Source of the DNA: a virus
DNA: 64,000 nt
Strand: one strand, 5' to 3'
IMG/VR virus record: IMGVR_UViG_3300042446_002028
Coordinates: 8,785-72,784 of that record
Part shown: positions 44,181-54,161 of the stretch, piece after piece
How the letters are laid out: every line of letters begins with the position of its first letter
How positions within the stretch are numbered: position 1 is the stretch's first letter
Made by a program: the position numbers and the translations under genes
Notes under the pieces: model-generated
What the model was told of the DNA's origin: nothing
Database searches by the model: none
What the model saw: the letters and a program-made list of their open reading frames with translations, nothing else

Positions 44181-44940
44181 TATTTTTTAATATAATATTA
44201 GCAATCGTCTTATGACCAGTTAAACCCATATGGTGATCTGGCATTGTTTTACCTTCACCAAAAAATTCATAATCTTTATGTATTGTCATATATGGGTACA
44301 TGCTAAAAAGCGTGTCAAAACAACTAAATGTATATCCACCATATTCTAAATTTAAAAATTTTTTAGATAACAATTCATCATTTTTAATTAAATTAAGATA
44401 ATCATTTGTCCAAGAAATAATATTGAATTTTATATTTCTATTGTCTAGATATATTGCCAAATCTTTTATATTTAAAACTATTTGTTTTTTAAGATCATAA
44501 AGCCAGTCATCAATGTTTATTTTTTCTTCAATTAGATATTCTTTAAACTCTTTTAATTTATGATTATTATCGTGTAAATTAGACCCGTCTAACCATTTTT
44601 CTTCACCTTTATAAAAATAACGATATGGGGATCTAAATGGTTGTGTTGTTTGAAGTAATACATATTCAACATTTTCATCTATATTGTTTTTTATAAACTC
44701 AATACTTTCGAAATCTGAACCACCATTCTCATCTTTAACAATGTCCACTTTATTTAAGTGATTAGCTACAATTTTAGAATATCGATTTTTCTTTATAAAA
44801 TCCACATGTTCATCGGTTAAAAATTCTTTAACATAATGATTTGACGGCATGATTTTAATATCGTTAAATTCACCATAGTATTGTAATCCTTGTCCCCAAG
44901 TAAATGAATCACCAGCAAAAATAAATTTTTTATTTAACAT
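44170..44940 (-). CDS. SGNH/GDSL-family hydrolase-like protein
   Basis: N-terminal block I FIFAGDSFTWGQG (GDSxxxG). 256 aa. Confidence 0.55.
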   Translation of the reverse strand: MLNKKFIFAGDSFTWGQGLQYYGEFNDIKIMPSNHYVKEFLTDEHVDFIKKNRYSKIVANHLNKVDIVKDENGGSDFESIEFIKNNIDENVEYVLLQTTQPFRSPYRYFYKGEEKWLDGSNLHDNNHKLKEFKEYLIEEKINIDDWLYDLKKQIVLNIKDLAIYLDNRNIKFNIISWTNDYLNLIKNDELLSKKFLNLEYGGYTFSCFDTLFSMYPYMTIHKDYEFFGEGKTMPDHHMGLTGHKTIANIILKNITS

Positions 44941-45685
44941 AGATAAAGTTGTGTAATTCTTTAGCGATATGCTTCATACCCGAAACCGAAAGATGAGAGT
45001 CAGTGGGTAAGCAATAGTTATTTTTAATAGTATGTTTAAGCATTGAATAATCCCCATTAATATTGAAAAACCCTCGTTTTTTTAATTCGGATAATTCTTT
45101 ATTTTTATTTATTTCTGGCCAATATATAAAAATAATTTTAGAATTAAATTTCTCAGCATATGCATTTAACACATCGATTTGATACATTAGATACATGAAA
45201 GATTCGTGTTCATTAAAAACATATTTAAGGTATGTTTCATATGATACTTTTAATTCATTAAGTATGTCATCTGGTATATTGTTATCAATTTTACCATAAC
45301 TTGATTGTATAACATTTTTAATAAAATCAATATGAAAAGGAAATTTTAATTCATCGCTTGATTCGTTAATCATTGGGATTGAATTTATAAATTCTGGCTG
45401 ATAATCAACCCAAGAATTTATGATGTCATGATATCCACCTGTTCTATGTAAAAAAGTTAATTGACAAATAAATAACGAATTATTATAATCTTCTTGATTA
45501 ATTGCGTCATATATTTTTTTTAATATTAAATTATTACTTTGTCCTGGATATGCATAAGATTTAACCTTAGAATGATCACCTAAGGTCTTGTCATAAACAA
45601 GTAATGAAAATTCATGTGGAAAACTAGGATTTCCGCATGAATATGAACAACCAGTAAAAAGTATTTTATTCTGCAATGAATTCAA
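44930..45685 (-). CDS. SGNH-like paralog with Cys replacing Asp in block I
   Basis: ILFTGCSYSCG sits at the position of GDS(L). It is adjacent to, and similar in size with, the neighbouring SGNH-like gene. Confidence 0.4.
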   Translation of the reverse strand: MNSLQNKILFTGCSYSCGNPSFPHEFSLLVYDKTLGDHSKVKSYAYPGQSNNLILKKIYDAINQEDYNNSLFICQLTFLHRTGGYHDIINSWVDYQPEFINSIPMINESSDELKFPFHIDFIKNVIQSSYGKIDNNIPDDILNELKVSYETYLKYVFNEHESFMYLMYQIDVLNAYAEKFNSKIIFIYWPEINKNKELSELKKRGFFNINGDYSMLKHTIKNNYCLPTDSHLSVSGMKHIAKELHNFIYVK

Positions 45686-46952
45686 ATGGTTTTAATGTCA
45701 TGGTTGGAACAAACCTATGGTGATAGTGTTCTGTATTATGTGATGTTTCTTTAAAATTTGAAAAATACATACCATGCATTTCATCATCAGTTAACTCACA
45801 TAATTTTTTTATGTGATTCATAAATGAATATAACACATATTCTTTTTCAACATATGGATCAACATGTTTAATTTTATTTTCATAATCCTTAAAATATATT
45901 GGGTTATCAAAACTAAATCCAGATTCTTTAAGAAATGGATAATATTTTTCACTATTAATTCCACAAAAAGGTGTGAATGACGCAAGTGGTTTCCAGGTCT
46001 TTTCACTAACCCAAGTTCTATCTTTTACCCCAAAAAAGGTTTCAATAAAAATCTCAAAATAAGTGGATATTTGCAACGGAAGATTTGATGTGTGAAAACC
46101 AACTTGTCTTAATGTAAAAATTTGTTTATTTTCTACCCTTTCTCGCATCATTCCAATAAAATCGGTGTCAGATTTTTCAACTACGTCATCTGCCATTGAA
46201 TCAATTAATAATGGAAACTTTTTAGAAAATGGGTGATTGTACATATATTCAACCTCATAATCCGAGTTGTACATTTTTGCTGTTTCGTTTACTGGAAAAA
46301 TATTTAAATCCGGAAAAGAAATCTTACCCAAATTTTCAAAACCGTTTTCGTGTATAAACTTAACAACTCTCCATCTTGTTAATTTGGGGTGATGGTTAAA
46401 AAATATAAATCTATTTTGTTTTTTAAATTGAGTTGTTGACACCATAGATTGTATGAAATTTAAATTGTCTGGTGTTAGGCAGTATGAATGTGGTTTATCA
46501 TCCCAAAAGAAAACTCTATGTGGGTAATCACAAATTAATTGAGCATTACAACTAAAAACAATCCATCTGATATTTGGATATTTTTCCATTATTTTAGTCA
46601 ATATTCCATGATATACATGATTGTAATATTCAATATATGAAAATTCAAAAATAATTTTATTTACATCTGGAACTTCACTTATGAGTTTTTCTATAGCCAC
46701 TTCCATATTTGTTGACCTTTCTGGAGGGGTGATATCATTATCTGTAAACATTGTAGCAATCATTAGATTATAGATAATAACAGTGTCATTTGATTTATCC
46801 AAATAACTTGCAATGTTTCGATTTTTAATTAAACCCAATTCTATTAAACGATTGAATTTCCCAACAAATTTATGGGAATTAATATTGTATTTTGCTTTTT
46901 CAATAAATCTATTATGCCCTTCGGTTTCATAGAAGTGTAACTTTGCCGCCAT
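45666..46952 (-). CDS. Hypothetical protein (428 aa) within the SGNH/sugar cluster
   Basis: No clear motif. Confidence 0.4.
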   Translation of the reverse strand: MAAKLHFYETEGHNRFIEKAKYNINSHKFVGKFNRLIELGLIKNRNIASYLDKSNDTVIIYNLMIATMFTDNDITPPERSTNMEVAIEKLISEVPDVNKIIFEFSYIEYYNHVYHGILTKIMEKYPNIRWIVFSCNAQLICDYPHRVFFWDDKPHSYCLTPDNLNFIQSMVSTTQFKKQNRFIFFNHHPKLTRWRVVKFIHENGFENLGKISFPDLNIFPVNETAKMYNSDYEVEYMYNHPFSKKFPLLIDSMADDVVEKSDTDFIGMMRERVENKQIFTLRQVGFHTSNLPLQISTYFEIFIETFFGVKDRTWVSEKTWKPLASFTPFCGINSEKYYPFLKESGFSFDNPIYFKDYENKIKHVDPYVEKEYVLYSFMNHIKKLCELTDDEMHGMYFSNFKETSHNTEHYHHRFVPTMTLKPFEFIAE

Positions 46953-47973
46953 ATTCTTTTAAGTTTTTATAATTATCAATTGTTATTTCTTTAAAATTAT
47001 TGTTTTTATAATCCCAATCCTTTATGAATTCATTATTGACTTGGTCTATTAAACCAGAGTCCACAGCATATCTAAAGTCACCATATTGGTTTAAATGATC
47101 TCCGAAGGATACTGGTTTAACACCATGTGTTAAGTACCCGATTGTGCCGATATTTTCTAACGCAAATTCATCAATCCCACCATACTCAATTCTATCATTA
47201 TTATATAGAATAAAATTACCCCAATCAATTAGATTGCGATATTTTGACCACTTTTTATCGTTGTACAAAATAGAATCTTTCCATTTTTTAGGTAATATAT
47301 ATTTGGTGTTATCTACTTCTTCAATTTTCTCAACCCCTTCAATTTTTTCAACCGTTTTGATTTCAAACTCATTTAAGGGAGTACTTGTCCTATCGAAATT
47401 AAAACCAGTTAATGAGGCATTAAAGAATAAAAATCGATATTTAATATCGTTTATTTTTAAAAAATTTTGCAAGTTAGTAATGTCAAAATGATACCTTATT
47501 GCTCTTTCGGTTGGAGAATTGGTTGGTTGAGATTTTAATAGAAATTCTTTGAATTCTTTATATTCTTTTTTCTTTTCACGATAAATTGTACCAAGTTGAT
47601 TTTCAATATTAATAAAACCAATATTGTCTATTCCTTGACTATATATTTCACAATCATTTCGTAGTTTCCAAGTACTAGCATCAAACGATGTTGTAAATAT
47701 TTTAACCTCTTCGAATTCAGTAATATCATAAGATGTTGTTTCTCTAAACATACTTGACCATTGACAAATAACAAATATATTTTTTGGTTGAACTCCTTTA
47801 TCCAATAATTTTTGAACAAACATCATTGCCGAATATAACTGATACTGACTACCTAAAGAACTACCTTGTAAGTTATATACTTTTATATCACCAAAGTAAC
47901 CAATGTTTATTAAGTCCCGAAAAGCTCTTGCTTGTTGACCATATGAACATCCAGTAAATACTAAGTGTTTCAT
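46927..47973 (-). CDS. SGNH-like paralog (GCSY variant)
   Basis: LVFTGCSYGQQA at the N-terminus. 348 aa. Confidence 0.4.
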   Translation of the reverse strand: MKHLVFTGCSYGQQARAFRDLINIGYFGDIKVYNLQGSSLGSQYQLYSAMMFVQKLLDKGVQPKNIFVICQWSSMFRETTSYDITEFEEVKIFTTSFDASTWKLRNDCEIYSQGIDNIGFINIENQLGTIYREKKKEYKEFKEFLLKSQPTNSPTERAIRYHFDITNLQNFLKINDIKYRFLFFNASLTGFNFDRTSTPLNEFEIKTVEKIEGVEKIEEVDNTKYILPKKWKDSILYNDKKWSKYRNLIDWGNFILYNNDRIEYGGIDEFALENIGTIGYLTHGVKPVSFGDHLNQYGDFRYAVDSGLIDQVNNEFIKDWDYKNNNFKEITIDNYKNLKEYGGKVTLL

Positions 47974-48515
47974 CTATCTCTTTTTTGTAGTGTTGGGTTA
48001 GTTGTTGGCCATTCCATTTGATATTCTGGGTCGTTCCATTTAACAACACCTTGTTCGTTTGCATCAACGTAACCATCTTTATAAAATAAATTATAATGAA
48101 ACATACAATCAGTTAATGCATAATGGCCGTTAGCAAAACCTGGAGGTATTAAAACTTGATTTCTATCTTTTTCAGTTATCATAAATGATTCCCAGTCACC
48201 AAAAGTATCTGAATTTGGTCTCATATCTAAAACCACTAGATAGATATCACCTACCGCCGCCTGAACTAATTTCCAGGTTTTATTGTCATAATGTAGTCCC
48301 CTTAATACACCTTTATATGATTTAGAAAAACGACCATGAATACTAATCTCATTTTTTTCATAATGAATATGTCTCATTACTGGATGTTCTTCACTATGAA
48401 ATGTTGTAAAAATTTCACCCCTATATTCTCTGTATATTGAGGGTGTAAAAGTAGGTACCTGATACCCGAATTTTTTTGATGGTGTTTCTATGAACTCATC
48501 CCATTTATTACTCAT
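47970..48515 (-). CDS. rmlC: dTDP-4-dehydrorhamnose 3,5-epimerase (RmlC-like cupin)
   Basis: KGVLRGLHYD (RGLH signature), IPPGFANGHYAL, 181 aa. It is co-oriented with the upstream SDR. Confidence 0.75.
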   Translation of the reverse strand: MSNKWDEFIETPSKKFGYQVPTFTPSIYREYRGEIFTTFHSEEHPVMRHIHYEKNEISIHGRFSKSYKGVLRGLHYDNKTWKLVQAAVGDIYLVVLDMRPNSDTFGDWESFMITEKDRNQVLIPPGFANGHYALTDCMFHYNLFYKDGYVDANEQGVVKWNDPEYQMEWPTTNPTLQKRDR

Positions 48516-48516
48516 A

Positions 48517-49485
48517 CTATGTGTTGTTTGCGTATCCTAAAGGAAAACCATTTCTAAATTCAGATGTCATTCTTGGTATGAGGACTTGATATGTTTTCAT
48601 CAATTCAACAATACCGTCATCTAAACCATAATTAGGTTTCCATCCAATAGATTCTATTTTATTGTTTGATACAATATAATCTCGTTTATCCGGATCTTCG
48701 TAAAAATCAGAATATGATATGGCAAAGTCAGGAATGTATTGTTTTATCTTGGTTAAAAGTTCTTCCTTATTTAAATTGGCATCACTTAAACCAACATTAT
48801 ACACATTATTTTTCATTGTGTCATAGTTCTCAATGGCGAATGTAAAAACGTTTGCAACGTCTTGTATGTGTATGAAATTACGTTTAAAATGTTTTTCAAA
48901 AACGACAATATACTTGTCTGTCATCGCTTTATAAACAAACTCATTAACTAATAAATCGGTTCTCATTCTTGGGGAACTACCAAATACTGTCGCCAATCTA
49001 AAACAAACTGCGGATGTACTAAACATCAATAAATTTTCAGCAGCACATTTACTTTCACCATAAACAGATATCGGTTTTAATGGGGATTCTTCAGTACATT
49101 CAGTTTGATTCTCACCAATACCATATCCACTATTTGTGTTCGGATAGAGGATTAGTTGATTTTTAGACAGATGAGGTACTATATTTTTTACTTGTTCAAA
49201 ATTAACATCCCAAGATAGTTTAGGATCGGCTTTACATGCTGGAAATCCAACAATGGCGGCTAAAGGAATAATCACATCGTGTGTTTTAACCAGCTTTTCT
49301 AATAAACTTTCATTACGCACGTCACCATAAATAAAATTATATTTTGGGTTATAAGTGAATTGTAGCGGGGATATTTGTTTGAACATTAGGTTATCTAGTA
49401 CGGTAACTTGATGACCTAAATCTAGCATGTTTTTAGTGATGACGGAACCAAGATAACCAGCACCACCTGTTATAAGAATTTTCAT
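48517..49485 (-). CDS. NAD-dependent sugar epimerase/dehydratase (extended SDR)
   Basis: MKILITGGAGYLGS (GxxGxxG) and SVYGESKCAAE (YxxxK). 322 aa. Confidence 0.75.
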   Translation of the reverse strand: MKILITGGAGYLGSVITKNMLDLGHQVTVLDNLMFKQISPLQFTYNPKYNFIYGDVRNESLLEKLVKTHDVIIPLAAIVGFPACKADPKLSWDVNFEQVKNIVPHLSKNQLILYPNTNSGYGIGENQTECTEESPLKPISVYGESKCAAENLLMFSTSAVCFRLATVFGSSPRMRTDLLVNEFVYKAMTDKYIVVFEKHFKRNFIHIQDVANVFTFAIENYDTMKNNVYNVGLSDANLNKEELLTKIKQYIPDFAISYSDFYEDPDKRDYIVSNNKIESIGWKPNYGLDDGIVELMKTYQVLIPRMTSEFRNGFPLGYANNT

Positions 49486-49526
49486 AGGGAAATGTACTAA
49501 AAAAAAATAAAAAAGTGAATATACGA

Positions 49527-49859
49527 TTAGTTAATATTTGCAAAATAATCGTGCAGATTTTTAATTTCAGCACATTTCTCATAGTCCTCATTATCTTCGT
49601 AATATGGTAATATTTGCTTAATTAAAATTTCGTAATCCAACTTCTTAAAACTAAATTCGGTATCCCATGACAACACACCCATATCCGTTGACACCAATAA
49701 GGTTAAAACACGTTTTCTGGAATTGTTTTTAAATTCGGTGTAAATGTCTAAAACACCGCGATAAATTCCGTCTCGATTTGTGTTATACAAATCCTTAAAA
49801 TCGTTGTACATTCTTTTTTCAATCTCAACAACGATGAATGGTTCTTTTTTTCTAGTCAT
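49527..49859 (-). CDS. Hypothetical protein
   Basis: A 110 aa ORF. Confidence 0.4.
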   Translation of the reverse strand: MTRKKEPFIVVEIEKRMYNDFKDLYNTNRDGIYRGVLDIYTEFKNNSRKRVLTLLVSTDMGVLSWDTEFSFKKLDYEILIKQILPYYEDNEDYEKCAEIKNLHDYFANIN

Positions 49860-51060
49860 TTTTAAAAGGTTTTGAGTGTGATGGGTATATTGAGTTCCAG
49901 ATCATTTCGTTTAATTGATTTGAGTATGAATCTAATCTTTTAAAAAGAAATGACCTATTGGGGTTGTCTTTTATTTTTTCAGCAAATTCTTTTTTATCTA
50001 TCAACTCTTTAAATTGATTTTCCACATCGGTTTTAATGGTGTCAAATTGATTTTGTAAATCTAGAATTGTGGTTTTAACCCAATTGTTAAATTCATCTGG
50101 GACTTTTTCAAGTAGTTCATCAAACGGTCTGTTATCTTTCAAATATTCCCAAATATCTCTATTTGATATGTTGGTTAAAATCCTATGAAGTCGTACATAT
50201 TCGTCGCCTTTGATTTTCATTCGAAAACCATTTTTAAAACGAATTACATATCCTTCTCTATCTTTCGATATTTCTTCTTTTAACAAGTCATACGATTCCC
50301 CCCATGTTTTGTATGTCATAACAACTTCAAATCCAGAATCTTGCGTCCAAAACAAACTACTATCGGGTATTTCTTCACCTGTTTCTGTATGGATACCACC
50401 GAGAACAACTAATTTTTCTTCACCTTTATAATCAACAACAATTCTATTTTCGGGATAGATAATTTCAAACAAATATGTATTGTCTTTTCTCCATGCGCTG
50501 ATGTCATGCCTATCAAGAATTTCTTTTCCTTTAATTGCTTGTGGTGAGGTAAATGATCCGCGAGTTGCTAATATCCACTCACCCTTTCTTTTTGGTGTTG
50601 GTTCGTAATATGGGTTATCGAAATCAGGTAAGTCATTCGGGTTAAAGAATTTTTCCATACCCGTTTCATAATTGTTATTAAACCAAATATTGTATCTTCT
50701 TTCATCCGTTAATTCTTCTTCATAATAAAAAAGAATACCTAAAGATCCATCCATCTTTTCATAAACAACATAATCTTCATTTGGTATGTCTTCAGGTTTA
50801 TGTTCTTCGTAATTAAAAAATTTCTTAAATGGTCTAGCGATTATCTCACCTTTTGAGTTGGTGACTAACCCGCGACATTGTATTGTAATATCATCCCATA
50901 ACCTATCATATTGAACCTTTGGAGTATAATTCCAAATGAACAAATCATATTTTGGGTGTTTTTGCTTTGAAAGCAAACCATTTTGAAAGTATGTCTCTAA
51001 TTTTTCTAACACTAAGTTTTTTTGTTTTGGGGTTAACTGCTTTTGTAAACGATACAACAA
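49852..51060 (-). CDS. ATP-dependent RNA ligase (Rnl family, KxDG nucleotidyltransferase motif I)
   Basis: VVYEKMDGSLGILFY gives motif I K-x-D-G. At 402 aa the size is comparable to T4 RnlA. It is adjacent to the kinase. Confidence 0.55.
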   Translation of the reverse strand: MLYRLQKQLTPKQKNLVLEKLETYFQNGLLSKQKHPKYDLFIWNYTPKVQYDRLWDDITIQCRGLVTNSKGEIIARPFKKFFNYEEHKPEDIPNEDYVVYEKMDGSLGILFYYEEELTDERRYNIWFNNNYETGMEKFFNPNDLPDFDNPYYEPTPKRKGEWILATRGSFTSPQAIKGKEILDRHDISAWRKDNTYLFEIIYPENRIVVDYKGEEKLVVLGGIHTETGEEIPDSSLFWTQDSGFEVVMTYKTWGESYDLLKEEISKDREGYVIRFKNGFRMKIKGDEYVRLHRILTNISNRDIWEYLKDNRPFDELLEKVPDEFNNWVKTTILDLQNQFDTIKTDVENQFKELIDKKEFAEKIKDNPNRSFLFKRLDSYSNQLNEMIWNSIYPSHSKPFKND

Positions 51061-51071
51061 ACTTACTCATG

Positions 51072-51500
51072 TCATAATTGAATATCAAATCTACTTATCA
51101 TTGATTGTAGTTTATTTTCTGGAACATTGTGAATATTAGAACTACCATGCCTATTTTCCACAATTAATGTGTGAACACGATAACGATATCTCTCAGCCAT
51201 CTCAAAATACATCTTCATTTCCCATTCTTCTGTGAAAGTATTTGCAACAACAATTTTAGAAAATTCCATCCTCATTCTTTCAGCACATTTTAACTGGCAA
51301 TCATTATGTGCTTCTTTTAATTTTGTTGCGTCAAAATTATAGTTACCCTTATCATCGATAAAGAAATTATCGGCAGATAACACATCCTGAATATTGGATT
51401 GATTGGTATGTAGTATTACATCCCCTAATGTCGATTTACCGCTACCAGGAATGCCTCTAAGTAGGATTAAATCACCAATATATTTTTCTTCCATATCCAT
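51072..51500 (-). CDS. Polynucleotide 5'-kinase-like P-loop kinase (kinase domain only)
   Basis: LLRGIPGSGKSTLGD resembles the T4 Pnk N-terminus (IGCPGSGKSTWA). At 142 aa there is no phosphatase domain. Confidence 0.5.
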   Translation of the reverse strand: MDMEEKYIGDLILLRGIPGSGKSTLGDVILHTNQSNIQDVLSADNFFIDDKGNYNFDATKLKEAHNDCQLKCAERMRMEFSKIVVANTFTEEWEMKMYFEMAERYRYRVHTLIVENRHGSSNIHNVPENKLQSMISRFDIQL

Positions 51501-51564
51501 TATTCTAAATTTTACACTAAAATAAATATTTTGTTCAAAAAAAACAAAATATTATCCATATAAA

Positions 51565-51592
51565 TATAAAATGGGGGCAAAAAACCCCCATA
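51565..51592 (-). terminator. Rho-independent terminator after the SPFH gene (reverse strand)
   Basis: The reverse strand reads TGGGGG-ttttttg-CCCCCA followed by TTTTATATTT. Confidence 0.5.
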
Positions 51593-51616
51593 TTATGAAA
51601 TATTAATATTTTAACA

Positions 51617-52537
51617 CTATTGAATGTTTTTAAACATTTGGGGTACAGTACCATAAACTGGTAACTTACCATCCCATTTGTTGATGTATTCCAATTGTAA
51701 TAATAACGGCGTCAAGGTTACTTGCTTCATTCTATTTGATTCAGCTTCTGCTTTTGCTGACGTTAACATAGCTTGGGCATTACCCTCAGCAGTTGCCACT
51801 TTAATCTTAGCTTGTGCTTCCGCTGTTTTAACTTCATTCTCGGCTCTTAACGCCGCTTGAACCGCATTGTTCTTAGCTTCGATTGAACGCTTGAATGTTT
51901 CAGGGTAAATTAAATTTGACGTGAACTGATTAATTGTAAATCCCTCTTTTAATAATTGCCCATCCAATAATCTACGAACTTCGATTTCAAATATTGCTCT
52001 ATTAGAGATTAACTCATCCGCTGTGTATTTGTTAGTGGCTAATCTGAACGCATCATAGACCGCTGTCTTTAAAAATCCCTCTTCAATGTCTTCTAGGGGT
52101 CTACGATATTTGGCGAAAATCGCCGGTACTTTATCTCTTTGTACTGAATAGTTCATAATGGGCGACACATTAAATTCCGAACCATCCTTACTATTTACAA
52201 TGAATGAATTCTCACCTTTATATTCTTTGTGTTGAATGAAAGTAGGAAACTCATAGATACGAGTGGTAATTGGATTATAGAATACCATACCTGTAACTGC
52301 GGTTACGTCATCCACACCTTTATTATCCCCATACTGATTAACTTTAACACCAACATGTCCAGCATCAATTCTCTCACATGAATTAAATAATACTACCAAT
52401 AGGATAAATCCTAACACACCTGCACTAATTGCTTTTATCATTTTTTTAATTTTTAATTGTTTTTGTAATCTTAATTCTTCTCTTTCTTTTTCTTGACGAG
52501 CATAACGGTCCTCAAAACTTTCATTATAAATTGCCAT
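51617..52537 (-). CDS. SPFH/band-7 (prohibitin/stomatin/HflC-like) membrane protein
   Basis: N-terminal TM (VLGFILLVVLF), a central SPFH-like region, and a C-terminal Ala/Glu coiled-coil (AEAQAKIKVATAEGNAQAMLTSAKAEAE). Confidence 0.65.
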   Translation of the reverse strand: MAIYNESFEDRYARQEKEREELRLQKQLKIKKMIKAISAGVLGFILLVVLFNSCERIDAGHVGVKVNQYGDNKGVDDVTAVTGMVFYNPITTRIYEFPTFIQHKEYKGENSFIVNSKDGSEFNVSPIMNYSVQRDKVPAIFAKYRRPLEDIEEGFLKTAVYDAFRLATNKYTADELISNRAIFEIEVRRLLDGQLLKEGFTINQFTSNLIYPETFKRSIEAKNNAVQAALRAENEVKTAEAQAKIKVATAEGNAQAMLTSAKAEAESNRMKQVTLTPLLLQLEYINKWDGKLPVYGTVPQMFKNIQ

Positions 52538-52538
52538 A

Positions 52539-52889
52539 TTATTTGTTTTTTATTTTTTTTCTTGTTTTTACAAATTTCTCTTCTGTTTTAACATCTGAAA
52601 ATTGCTTTGGGTTTCGTTTCTTTTTAATCACCTCTTCTTTTGGTATGTAATCTAGTTCAGTTTCTCCTGGTTCTAAATGCTCTGAATTAAAAAGGTTTTC
52701 AACTTTTAGTAGGTGAAAAAGTAAGACAAATACAAATACTGCAATTAAAAATGATAATACATTAAAAAATGTATTTGCGGCGGTTAGTCCTGGGTAGATG
52801 ATATATTCGAATATTGCAACAACCCCTATACCGCTAACAATAGGGATAACAATTTTCTTGTCGAATACTTTCTTTAATAGTTCTTTCAT
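52539..52889 (-). CDS. Membrane protein (2 TM), possible NfeD-like partner of the SPFH protein
   Basis: A 116 aa ORF immediately upstream of, and co-oriented with, the SPFH gene. Confidence 0.35.
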   Translation of the reverse strand: MKELLKKVFDKKIVIPIVSGIGVVAIFEYIIYPGLTAANTFFNVLSFLIAVFVFVLLFHLLKVENLFNSEHLEPGETELDYIPKEEVIKKKRNPKQFSDVKTEEKFVKTRKKIKNK

Positions 52890-52907
52890 ATGACTAATAT
52901 AATAAAA

Positions 52908-52936
52908 GAAAGTTGTAAAAAAAAATAAGGGCTACT
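52908..52936 (-). terminator. Rho-independent terminator (reverse strand; hairpin AAGGGCT-actag-AGCCCTT)
   Basis: The A-run on the forward strand is a T-run after the hairpin on the reverse strand. It lies downstream of the lipoprotein gene. Confidence 0.55.
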
Positions 52937-52949
52937 AGAGCCCTTAAAT

Positions 52950-53132
52950 TTATTTAACAGTTGTTACAGAATCTTTTCCAATTTCTGCTGTTGTTGAATC
53001 TGTTGCAGATACTGCTGTAGAATCTAGATTAACCGACGTAGAGTCGGTTGTTTCAGTTGTGGTTGACCCTGAACCACATGCCGTTAATGCTAACATAGCA
53101 CCAATAGCTAAAATCATTGTATATTTTTTCAT
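52950..53132 (-). CDS. Small lipoprotein (Ser/Thr-rich)
   Basis: MKKYTMILAIGAMLALTACGSGSTT carries the lipobox LTAC. Confidence 0.5.
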   Translation of the reverse strand: MKKYTMILAIGAMLALTACGSGSTTTETTDSTSVNLDSTAVSATDSTTAEIGKDSVTTVK

Positions 53133-53363
53133 AACAGTAAATATATGTAATTAATATCATAAAACAAAATAGAAATAAAAAACCCCAACTGGATGTCGGG
53201 GTTTAAGGTCGTTGCGTGGGTTCAACCCCACTATTAAAAAAACGAAAAGGTAATCGACAAAGAGTACCTCGAGAATATAAATATATAAAAAAACAGAAAA
53301 AGTCCACTTTTTTTTATTAATTTCAAGAAAAAAGTTTATTTTTGTGTTCTAAAAATAATAAAA

Positions 53364-54161
53364 ATGGAAAATCTGGTAAATATCGAGCGTCTAAGTGATT
53401 TATTATCAATACCTTCGGTAACATATGACGAATGGGACATGGTTGAGTACCTATCAGAGTATTTTGATAAAAAGGGTTATGAGTATGGTGTGGATTCATA
53501 TGGTAACATTTTTGTTACCAAGGGGACCGATGTAATAAAACCGTTGATTTGTGCTCACATAGACACCGTCCATAAAAAAACAAAAATCAACATAAAAGAA
53601 GAATGGTTACCTAGATTAAGTTGTTATGGTCAAGTATACCCATACGATGAAAACGTTTTATGTTTAAAGGGTTATGATGATAATGGTGAAGAAACTGGTT
53701 GTGGTGGTGATGATAAGTGTGGTGTATATGTTTGTTTAGAAATATTGGATCGTGTTGATAATATCAAACTAGCGTTCTTTGTTTCAGAAGAAACAGGTTG
53801 TATTGGTTCTAGTAATTGTGAACCAGAGTTTTTTGAAAATACAAAGTTCGTATTATCCTACGATGCTCCCGGAAATCAATTGGTTACCGAAATTTGTAAC
53901 GGTGTTAGAATATTTGATAGGGAAAGTGATTTCTTTAAAGTTGTTTCAAAAACATTTGAGGAGATTGATTATAAACCATTATATGGTAGTCATCCCTACA
54001 CAGACATTTATATGATGAAAAAACGATTTGATATTGATGGGGTAAATTTATCTTGTGGATATTATAATATGCACAGAAAATCAGAATATGTCTGTGTCGA
54101 CGACGTTGCTAAAGCCATCGACACAGGGCTTAAATTACTCACTAACCTTTCCAACAACTAA
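53364..54161 (+). CDS. M42/M20-like metallopeptidase (aminopeptidase/deacylase family)
   Basis: LICAHIDTVH (H.D metal ligand) and GGDDKCGVYVCLE (DDxxG metal ligand). 265 aa. Confidence 0.5.
   Translation: MENLVNIERLSDLLSIPSVTYDEWDMVEYLSEYFDKKGYEYGVDSYGNIFVTKGTDVIKPLICAHIDTVHKKTKINIKEEWLPRLSCYGQVYPYDENVLCLKGYDDNGEETGCGGDDKCGVYVCLEILDRVDNIKLAFFVSEETGCIGSSNCEPEFFENTKFVLSYDAPGNQLVTEICNGVRIFDRESDFFKVVSKTFEEIDYKPLYGSHPYTDIYMMKKRFDIDGVNLSCGYYNMHRKSEYVCVDDVAKAIDTGLKLLTNLSNN

Noticed and set aside
53165-53225. tRNA 3'-half-like sequence GUGGGUUCAACCCCAC plus an imperfect hairpin/T-run (possible reverse-strand terminator or tRNA remnant)
   Set aside because: No complementary acceptor strand or anticodon arm could be found within 90 nt. 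I kept it only as a weak terminator or remnant and did not list it as a feature.
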